DNA of 64,000 bases from Macrostomum lignano (lineage: Eukaryota). Location of the stretch: positions 62,001-126,000 of the forward strand of contig NIVC01000013.1 in NCBI GenBank assembly GCA_002269645.1, written 5' to 3'. Positions 37,840 through 48,166 of the stretch are shown here, piece by piece (the first letter of the stretch is position 1; every line of letters begins with the position of its first letter). The position numbers and the translations under genes are program-made. Under the pieces are notes generated by a model that was not told the origin of the DNA, made no database searches, and saw only the letters and a list, made by a program, of their open reading frames with translations.

Positions 37840-39423
37840 TTACTTAGAAGCGGCAGTCTGATTGAAGCCAGACTCGATAGAATCAGAACCAGCCTGATGA
37901 TCAGATGCCTGAGGCCGGATCTCGTAATTAGCTAACACCACCTTAGACCTGAACGGCTCAATAAAGTCGCCTCGTAAACCAATATAGTGTACGCGACTTG
38001 TCTCGCCGCCTGCGTTGCTTGATATGTGAATTGACAGATGGCTGACCTGCAATATACAGGTGGGATTAGAAGATTAACACTGTATTATAATGTCTATAAT
38101 AATAACATTTTAGGTAGGTCCGTGAAAATGCTACATCTACATAAATTACTTTCAAAATCTACCCTATCCTACTCAGGCTACCACCAAAATCTACCCTAAC
38201 CTACTCAGGCTACCACCCAAATCTACCCTAACCTACTCAGGCTACCACCCAAATCTACCCTATCCTACTCAGGCTACCACCAAAATCTACCCTATCCTAC
38301 TCAGGCTACCACCAAAATCTACCCTAACCTACTCAGGCTACCACCCAAATCTACCCTATCCTACTCAGGCTACCACCCAAATCTACCCTAACCTACTTAA
38401 GGTACCACCAAAATCTACCCTAACCTACTCAGACTACCACCAAAATCTACCCTAACCTACTAAGGTACCACCAAAATCTACCCTAACCTACTCAGTCTAC
38501 CATCAAAATCTACCCTAACCTACTTAAGGTACCACCAAAATCTACCCTAACCTACTCAGACTACCACTAAAATCAACCCTGCCTAATCAGACTATACCGA
38601 AACCTACCCTAACCTAATCAGACTACCACTAAAATCAACCCTGCCTAATCAGACTATACCGAAACCTACCCTAACCTAATCAGACTACCACTAAAATCTA
38701 CCCTAACCTACTCAGACTACCACCAAAATCTACCCTAACCTACTAAGGTACCACCAAAATCTACCCTAACCTACTCAGGCTACCATCAAAATCTACCCTA
38801 ACCTACTTAAGGTACCACCAAAATCTACCCTAACCTACTCAGACTACCACTAAAATCAACCCTGCCTAATCAGACTATACCGAAACCTACCCTAACCTAA
38901 TCAGACTACCAGTAAAATCTACCCTAACATACTCAGGCTACCAAAATCTAGTCATGCCTCTAAAAATAAACGCAGTACTAACCGAACCAAACTTAGTGGG
39001 CTTCAAGCTATACTCGATAAGTCCATTAGGATCGGGACACAGTTCAATCTCTTGGTCAGCCTCGGCTCCAGCCTGGTCGAATGTCATAAATTCGCGATTA
39101 CGAAACAGACGAATTTTAGTAGGCCTCGATTCGGCTTCGCCGCCAATCAGCACAATACCTTTGACGCGTACAACCCCCGTGAAGGGCACATTAAACAACA
39201 ATTCTTCGTCGCAGTCGGATTCAACAAAACTATCCGAACTCAACCGCTCTGACCAAGGTCTGAACACCAGTTTACAAGATCCGGGCGTTGATTCGTTCAG
39301 GCATTGTAAATTTTCTGTGTCAATCATCTGATGCAGACAATATCTTGACGATTGATCGGTGCTGGCGTCAACATGAGAGTGACCATCGCAACAGCCGCCG
39401 CCGCCGTCTCCGCCGCAGGACAT
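37840..39423 (-). CDS. PITHD1: PITH domain-containing protein 1, about 215 aa, 2 exons
   Basis: Exons 38983-39423 and 37840-38046. Motifs LQCLNES, FVESDCDEELLFNVPFTG, HLSIHIS, YIGLRG. Confidence 0.96.
38155..38950. repeat. About 32-bp minisatellite CTACCCTAACCTACTCAGGCTACCACCAAAAT in PITHD1 intron
   Basis: Tandem repeats read directly. Confidence 0.93.
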
Positions 39424-39529
39424 GATTGATTCTTGCAATTCACCGTTTAGAAAACAATAATTACCTTCTGCTTTCTCTGAAAGATTATAAAACTGCGATT
39501 AGAACAGATCGTCATAACACACCCTACCC

Positions 39530-39905
39530 GATACTGTCAACCTTCAACCTACCTGACACTCTCAACCTGACACTGTCAACCTACCTGACACTCTTAACCT
39601 GACACTCTTAACCTACCTGACACTCAACCTACCTGACACTCAACCTACCTGACACTGTCAACCTACCTGACACTGTCAACCTACCTGACACTGTCAACCT
39701 ACCTGACAATTTCAACCTACCTGACACTCTTAACCTGACACTCTCAACCTACTTGACACTGTCAACCTACCTGATTCTCCCAACCTACCTGACACTCAAC
39801 CTACCTGATTCTCCCAACCTACCTGACACTCTCAATCTACCTGATTCTCCGAACCTACCTGACACTCTTAATCTACCTGATTCTCCCAACCTACCTGACA
39901 CTCTT
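39530..39905. repeat. Minisatellite CAACCTACCTGACACT(CT/GT)-type upstream of PITHD1
   Basis: Tandem repeats read directly. Confidence 0.9.
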
Positions 39906-40439
39906 ACCCTGCTGACAATTTCAATAATCTACCTCTACACTCCTATGTTAAATAATAACAAGTCTCACCTAGAAAATGTCCCACTTCCGATTCCAGATTG
40001 ATGCATATAACTGATAATTTCTCACCAAACAAGCCAAAAAGAAACAAAATTAAAAGCATTGTCAAAAAGCAAAGACTTTAAATTTATTTTAAAACTCAAA
40101 TTATATCATCGCCCTCGTGACAACAAAATTACGAGACAGTCAGTCATCTTAATAAAACGAAAAGCGAGCAAGCACATGCATAAATTCAAAATTGAATGGT
40201 GTCAATATGCCAGAGACACTACAACGAATTCTACGGACACTTTGCATCCGAGTGAAATAGCTGTCACCTAAATTTGACCTTCAAATCTCTCATTTATTAA
40301 ACTTTTTTTAAATAAATAATATGGCAAAGTTTCAGCAAAAGCAAGAAGCCGCTAAATTTTGGAACGAACGCAAAACAACACAAGACAGAAAGACTGACAC
40401 TAAGATAGACAATCACTGAGAGAGAGGGAGAGAGAGAGT

Positions 40440-40464
40440 GTGTGTGTGTGAGAGACAGACAGAC

Positions 40465-40513
<49 letters not shown>

Positions 40514-40526
40514 AAGGCAGAGAAAA

Positions 40527-40591
<65 letters not shown>

Positions 40592-40650
40592 AAGGTAGAG
40601 ACAGAAAGGTAGAGACAGAAAGGTAGAGACAAACAGACAGACAGACAGAA

Positions 40651-40709
<59 letters not shown>

Positions 40710-40770
40710 AAGGTAGAGACAAACAGACAGACAGACAGAAAGGTAGAGACAAACAGACAGACAGACAGAA

Positions 40771-40833
<63 letters not shown>

Positions 40834-40870
40834 AAGGTAGAGACAAACAGACAGACAGACAGAAAGGTAG

Positions 40871-40950
<80 letters not shown>
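40440..40950. repeat. (GACA)n microsatellite with GAAAGGTAGAGACA interruptions
   Basis: Read directly. Confidence 0.95.
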
Positions 40951-40953
<3 letters not shown>

Positions 40954-41772
40954 TGAAGAAGTTCCAGGAAGTCTATATAATCAAAAATCAACTTTAATGT
41001 AAACAATAATTTTCCAACAAAAAAGCAAAAGTACAGAAAAATGACTAATGAAATGATAGTGCAAAAAACGATCGCTTACTTAATACAACAGGAGTTGCTA
41101 TTACTGTATAGGTAAATAATTTCAGTAACTATTTTCACTAGATCACTGAATTTTCAACATATTGCGGCACACTGCAATTATCGACAAGTCGCATTGCTAC
41201 TAAAAAAATGAAACAAAAACTTTGCGAGGGAAATTTAAAATTGACGGAAGTCCAAACGATACAGAGTTGATAAAAATGACAAATAAGCTTTTTTACTTAT
41301 TTTAAATAATTAAATCACATTTTCCTGCCAAATGTCACCAACATGTACCGACATTTGCGCACACGTATTAAATACTGCAACTTATTGACTGACCTATCAT
41401 CTACTTATAGTAGCATAAACTCAATAAAATGACTAATGAAGAGACTTGTCTATGCTCAAAAGGAATTAAAATTGATGACATCAGCTAACTAAGTCAAATA
41501 TTACCTATGATAGACAAACTAAAGTATTTAGAAACAATGCCAAACAATATGATGTGCAAGCGGAACCTCTAGTCTAAGGTGTAGTCTAAATTTTAATACC
41601 ACACTGTGCCCTTCACCAATTCTATTACCATAAATCATACAGACTCGATTGTGCGACACGTTTGTACCACGGGTGCAACAGATGAGGATATTATTACATT
41701 ATAAAATATATCCTCTATAAACCTTCAACTAAGGAAGCATGTTTTTAACTAACATTTTTGAAATCGGAAAAT

Positions 41773-42290
41773 TAAGATCCCGAATCCCAACAACTAAGAT
41801 CCCGAATCCCAACAACTAAGATCCCGAATCCCAACAACTAAGATCCTGAATCCCAACAACTAAGATCCCGAATCCCAACAACTAAGATCCCGAATCCCAA
41901 CAACTAAGATCCCGAATCCCAACAACTAAGATCCCGAATCCCAACAACTAAGATCCCGAATCCCAACAACTAAGATCCCGAATCCCAACAACTAAGATCC
42001 TGAATCCCAACAACTAAGATCCCGAATCCCAACAACTAAGATCCCGAATCCCAACAACTAAGATCCTGAATCCCAACAACTAAGATACCGAATCCCAACA
42101 ACTAAGATCCCGAATCCCAACAACTAAGATCCCGAATCCCAACAACTAAGATACCGAATCCCAAAAACTTAAATCCCGAATCCCAACAACTAAGATACCG
42201 AATCCCAAAAACTTAGATCCCGAATTCCAACAACTAAGATACCGAATCCCAAAAACTAAGAGCTGGAATCCCAAAAACAGCCTAAATCCC
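41773..42290. repeat. 22-bp minisatellite AAGATCCCGAATCCCAACAACT
   Basis: Tandem repeats read directly. Confidence 0.95.
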
Positions 42291-42540
42291 AAAAACGAAG
42301 ATTCTACGGGAAGCTTAAAATTTAGAAATTAAAAATGATAAACGTTAGATATTTTATTCTAAAGTACCAAGGTATTGTTAATGTTAAATTTAAGATAAGA
42401 ACTCCCCGATCCCTAAAGATTAAAGTTTAAGTCTGAGCGAACAAAGAGTCACACGCGGTGATGTCAAGATGCATAGAAATGAAAACCACACACACACAAA
42501 AACGACCCCATCAAAGGTAAATTATGCACGCAGAGAATCT

Positions 42541-45500
42541 TTAAGCATTATTGGATCCGCTGCTACCGGAGCTGCTGCTGCCGCTGCCTCCCCCGCCAGT
42601 CTGCTGGTGCCGGTGCTGCACCGCGGCAGCCGCCCGCAGCTTCGGGAACAAAGTGTCCCAATCCTCCGTCTCCTCTTCGTCGTCCTCGTCTGAGAAAGCT
42701 GCACCGACCGACGCTCCGCTGGGTAGCAACGGTCTGCCTCGCTTAGCAACCGGAGACGAGGCTGAGGATGAAGATAGCGAAGGCTGCTGCTGCTGCGGAC
42801 CCTGCTGAAGCTGTACGAACTCCGGACTGATAGCCCTGGCAAAGGCCAGCCGTTTATCCCGAACCCAATGACTAATCCGGCCGTCGTGACCAAATACGGA
42901 AACAAATCCGGACACAAATCTGTTCGATTGCTGCTCCCATTTGCCAATTAGTTCGCGTCTGGTCTGCCCGATCCTGTCGCGCATTGTGCTGAATGTCTCC
43001 TAGGAGAGAGAGAGAGAGAGAGAGAGCGGAGGAAGTAGAAAGAAATCTTCTTACCAGAAAACCGGCAAAGTCATTATCTGTATTAAAGAATTAAAGAAAA
43101 ATTAATAAACTAGAAGTAGAAAATATCGTCTTGTAGAAAAAAATCTTGAAAAAAAGATCGATTTGCTACCATATATTAGCCAAGGCTTAGCGAACTAAGA
43201 GAAAACAACAGCTCAAAATAGATTAGCCATATCAGTCAAAGAGGCTTAGCGGCCTGGCTTTTAACAACCGAGCATTGATAATAAGTATCGCTAAATTGCA
43301 TAACGATATTTAATTATCTAATGAGCCAAGCTATACCTAATTCATAATACACTATCGCTAATTATCCAATTAGACTATCGCTAATTATCTAATAGACTAA
43401 TCACTGATTATCTAATAGACTAATCGCTGATTATCTAATAGACTATCGCTAATTATCTAATTAGACTATCGCTAATTATCTAATTAGACTATCGCTGATT
43501 ATCTAATAGACTATCGCTAATTATCTAATTAGACTATCGCTGATTATCTAATAGACTATCGCTAATTATCTAATTAGACTATCGCTGATTATCTAATAGA
43601 CTATCGCTAATTATCTAATTAGACTATCGCTGATTATCTAATAGACTATCGCTAATTATCTAATTAGACTATCGCTGATTATCTAATAGACTATCGCTAA
43701 TTATCTAATTAGACTATCGCTGATTATCTAATAGACTATCGCTAATTATCTAATTAGACTATCGCTGATTATCTAATAGACTATCGCTAATTATCTAATT
43801 AGACTATCGCTGATTATCTAATAGACTATCGCTAATTATCTAATTAGACTATCGCTAATTATCTAATTAGACTATCGCTGATTATCTAATAGACTATCGC
43901 TAATTATCTAATTAGACTATCGCTGATTATCTAATAGACTATCGCTAATTATCTAATTAGACTATCGCTGATTATCTAATAGACTATCGCTAATTATCTA
44001 ATTAGACTATCGCTAATTATCTAATAGACTATCGCTAATTATCATGAATCCAATACTCATTAAAAATAAAACAGCAACAATTCAGAACAACCCCAAGTTA
44101 CTCACCTTAACCTGCAGCTCCTTCTCCTTCATGTAGGATATGCCCAGCTCTTTCCTAGACAAGCCGCGCTTCAAATTCCTACGCAAATAGACGTCATAGT
44201 CCAGAATGATCCGAGCAATGACGTCAGTAGTAGAGATGCCTTCGGTTCGCTCTGTGGCAAGAAACATGCCCCGATCTTTAATCCATTTGTACACATCCTC
44301 GGTGTTGCCAGCTCCGTACGGTAGGTCGTCATGGGCGACAAAATCGATTTTATGCTTCGACAAGAAATCATAATCGTATGACCAGGGCGCGTCGCGTAGG
44401 ACTTCGTCGACGTAGCGACAATGTCGGACAGCTTCGTAGCGTTCAGATTCGCGCATAACAGTGTTGCCTTTCATTCTGCGTCAATAGGAGGGGGTAAACA
44501 TTAAATTTGTACAAAAATTATTTATACCACATAAAAACTTCGCCTTAACTATGGGTGTAACACCTCTTGTGCAATCCTAGCCATATTGTAATTTATTCTA
44601 CTGTGTATCTACAGGAGGGGGGCGTAGCCCAGTGGTCGACCGTTGCGCTCTGATGTGCCAAGCGGTCCAGGCTCGATTCCCTGTGCAGTCACATTAATTT
44701 GGGGGGCTAAATTGGAATCTCGGCTTGGCTCTGCTCGTGCAATTAACGTCATTGAGGGCCGACTTAGGATTGGGGCCGTTGTACACTCCTATGTGAATGT
44801 GTGCCTGTGCGTATGACTGCGTACGTATCCGCGCGCTTGTGTGCCTGCTCAGGGGAGTTGCCGGAATGGGCAGTAATGCCTCTCGCCGGTTGTGTGACAA
44901 TGTCGCTTAAAGTGCGACAGGGTGAACATAGCCTCCTGCCTTTAATCTACTGTCTGTCTACTGATATTTTCTTGAACTAAAACTACTAACAGTAGCGTAA
45001 AAGCAAAACTGCTAAACTGCAAATTTTCAGTTTGTTTTGTACCAATTAAAGTGGAAAAATCTATCCAGTTATGCTTGAGATATTAGTCACTGTCTATTTA
45101 GACATCTCTTAAGTCCTCACCTATGGGTATCCACATCGTTGCACACACCAACAATAAGATAGGCATTGGGGAAGGCCATCTTAGCTTGCATGAGTTGCCG
45201 GGCGTGACCAGAATGAAACATGTCGTAGATTCCGTCAGCGTAAACTCGCACTGGCCGGGCAGAGCGGCCAGCTTTAGCGTCTTCTAGCGACACTTTCACG
45301 CTGTAGTCAGTGGCTTGCAGGATTGCCTGAGCGTCTGGATCGTCGCTGAACGGAGCCGGACGAACATGATTGCAAGCCAGGGTTGCAGGCTGAAGTCGAT
45401 TCGGTGACTCCGTGCTGGCAGGCGTCACATTGGTTGGCAATTTTGCCGATTCAACAGATCGCACAGATCCTTCGCTGTCTCTATTATTAGCGTTGCTGTT

Positions 45501-45563
45501 TTTGTCGCTGCCGCTTAGTTGACGCTGTTCTACTAGTGGCGACGCGTGCTTTCGTTTTGGCAT
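42541..45563 (-). CDS. PCYT1: Choline-phosphate cytidylyltransferase (CCT), about 423 aa, 3 exons
   Basis: Exons 45121-45563, 44106-44475, 42541-42999. Motifs [57 protein letters not shown], amphipathic M domain. A/B paralog not assignable. Confidence 0.97.
43350..44040. repeat. 21/22-bp alternating minisatellite (AGACTATCGCTAATTATCTAATT / AGACTATCGCTGATTATCTAAT) in PCYT1 intron 2
   Basis: Tandem repeats read directly. Confidence 0.95.
44614..44945 (+). mobile_element. tRNA-derived SINE, copy 2 (intact head), in PCYT1 intron 1
   Basis: A-box-like TAGCCCAGTGG and B-box-like GGCTCGATTCC. Homologous to 20207-20540. Possible diverged 16-bp TSD at 44597-44612 / 44946-44961 (14/16 identical). Confidence 0.82.
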
Positions 45564-45672
45564 ATTTTCTTGGCTTTCTTTTAGTAGCAGAGAAATTTGA
45601 CAAGATATGAAATGAATTTTTTGCGGGAGAATAGCCAGTGAGCCAGTTCGTAAAGAGATTTTGTGAGCTAGA

Positions 45673-45682
45673 TTTATATATA
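45673..45682 (-). promoter_or_regulatory. TATA-like box (TATATATAAA) about 110 nt upstream of the PCYT1 ATG; candidate promoter of the cluster
   Basis: Minus-strand GGACTATATATAAATC in a short CpG-containing segment next to the CpG-depleted block. Confidence 0.55.
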
Positions 45683-46937
45683 GTCCCTGCGTGTCTCCGT
45701 GTGGGCGTCACCAAGCAAACCCACCCACATTTGATAAATAAAATACAGTAGCTCTCACATTATACTACTGATTTGGTTAGAAATCAGTAGCAATGAAAGC
45801 AAAAGAATACAAAAATCTGATGTAACATCATATAGTCTAGGTGAAAACTCACGATAAAAAATTGAAAACCAGGATGCCAGATGGCATTTAAAAAATTCAA
45901 AACCAAATAAAATGCCAACATTTGCCCCTTCCCTACCCTTTATTTTCCTAAGCCTCTCAGACATACAGAAGTCTGCTGACTCTATGTAAGAGTTGGCAGG
46001 GGCACCATCATCAAAAGGGTCGCTATCATTGCCAGCCACAACACAAGGCCCCCCTTAAATCTGTCCCACTTTTATATTTAGCAATAGCTATTAAAACTTC
46101 TAATCTTTATATAACTAAACCTGAATATAATGTTGAAACTATAGCTATAGTTTAAATTAATAATTTCTACATTTTTGTCTTCATTGGGAGACTTGCTATA
46201 ACATAAATTATATAGTTAAAATATAATAGGGCTTAGTCATTATCAAAATCATTATTAAAAATTCGTTTTTTACTCTTTAGTCATTTTCATGACCAATTCA
46301 TATGATTTAATTGATCTAAACATATTTCACACCTGCTAGACAACTTTGCCAATCTAACTGACATTAAGTTGTAGAAGATGGAAGCCAATGATAAGCCACA
46401 AAATTTAGAATTTTTAATATTCTTTGGCTTTTGGCTTTAATTTTAAGTAATTGTAAAACTTGGCTGCATGGTTAAGGTAACTCTACAAGCTAAACATACA
46501 TAAGAATCTAAATGCAGACAGATTCTTTGTGAACTTTATTAATAAATATTTTTTGCAATTGCTATATTGACTTTTCCAGTGCTTTGAACATGGCCAATAA
46601 AGAAACATGGTCTTTCTAATACTTTAATAACTGTATTGTTATCAAAACCAAAAAGTTCTTATCCCTAATGCTGCCTGTCTTAAAGTTAAAATTAAAAATG
46701 GATAGCAAACATTTCAATTTTAATTTTTTTGTTTCAAGACTACAATGAAAACCTTTTAAAAGCAAAAATGTTATTTTTGTTCTTAAAAAACATTAATTGC
46801 AACATAATAAAAATAAGGCTTAGCATATTGTAATGATAGTCTTGTTTATGCTAGAACTTATTACTTTTTTTTAGTTTTAAAAATACAAAATGCACATATT
46901 CTTTGTAAGTGCCATAGTTTCTTTAAAAAGCCATGTT

Positions 46938-47721
46938 GGCTCATTCCATATAAGATGGACATATTTGGAAAATAGAAAAAAGTCAATATTTTTGCTTGCC
47001 ATTGCCTAATTAGCCTATTTTTTTACCAAATGTTTATATTGTGCAATATATAACCTAAGAATAAAGGAATGGTAAAATGTTGGATTAGTATGTTATCAAT
47101 TGGCAAAAAGTCATTTTTGTAAAAATTTGGACATTTTTTGAAGCAAAAGACATCATTAAGATTTTGTACCTTTTAAAAACAAATAGAAAGCTTTTGAAGA
47201 TTGAAACAAACTATAGATAAAAGTATAGCACTTGCATCATCAGATAAAAGCATTGGTGACCAAATAATCTATTATATTTTTAATGTATTAGTACCTCAAA
47301 GTTACTGAATTGACAGAAAAAAATATGTTACGACCATAATGTTACGACCATAAGGCTGCCTTTTCTTTTGTATCTTTGTTGCCTTTTGAGTTTATATATT
47401 CTAATAAAAGAGTATGATTTCTAAAGATGTTCTTAGTCAAATTTTAAAAATGTATTGCAAAATATCAAAAATGAAAAATGTTATAAGACTTTTACCTTTT
47501 AGTTTCTATATGTCAAAAATCCTGTCGTTACGACCATAAGTGTCATTTAAGGTTTAATAGCATCTATACTAATGATGATATCTATACGAAACTCTATAAA
47601 TATATTCTAGACAAAATAATCTTTCATTTAAAATATTGGTTTAGTATATTCTATTATTAGATTTCATTTTACAAGTAAAAATAACCTGTCATGTTACGAC
47701 CATGCTTATATGGAATGAGCC
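46938..47721. mobile_element. Non-autonomous DNA transposon (784 bp), 17-bp perfect TIR GGCTCATTCCATATAAG, 4-bp TSD TGTT; Sola-like
   Basis: TIRs at 46938-46954 and 47705-47721, TGTT on both flanks, internal GTTACGACCAT motif four times. Superfamily inferred only from the 4-bp TSD and G-rich termini. Confidence 0.75.
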
Positions 47722-47852
47722 TGTTTATGAAAAAAAGATAATTTAATTTCTACTTATCCTGATGAAGGAAGGGTAGATATCTATTAAAAAACAGCTTTTC
47801 TCATTTTTTTGTTTTTTAGCTTATATTAGCTTTTTATTTTGTAATTATATTA

Positions 47853-48166
47853 AAAAGTTATTAATTTGCAAAAACTACTTTAAATTTAAAATTACTTTTA
47901 TAAGGCCTATGTATATTGCCTTGGCAAGACGTAGGAACTTTACTAGTCTTTAATACTTATTAATTAAAAATATATAAATTAAAATTTAGTTTAGTTTTAA
48001 AACTAAAATGTAAATTCAATTATTAAATTATTAATAATTAATAAAATTAATATTTAAGGTAAATTAAAACATTAAAGCAAAATTAAAGCAAAGTTAATAA
48101 TAATTATTAAAGCAAAATTAAAGGTAATTTTGAATTTAAAGTACTTTTTGCAAATTAATAACCTTT
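47853..48166. mobile_element. AT-rich MITE-like inverted repeat (arms about 45 bp)
   Basis: ATTAATTTGCAAAAACTACTTTAAATTTAAAATTACTTTTA and its near reverse complement at 48119-48160. Confidence 0.55.

Noticed and set aside
44617-44690. tRNA gene
   Set aside because: A and B boxes are present but the cloverleaf is incomplete and runs into a body shared with 20207-20540, so it is a SINE head.
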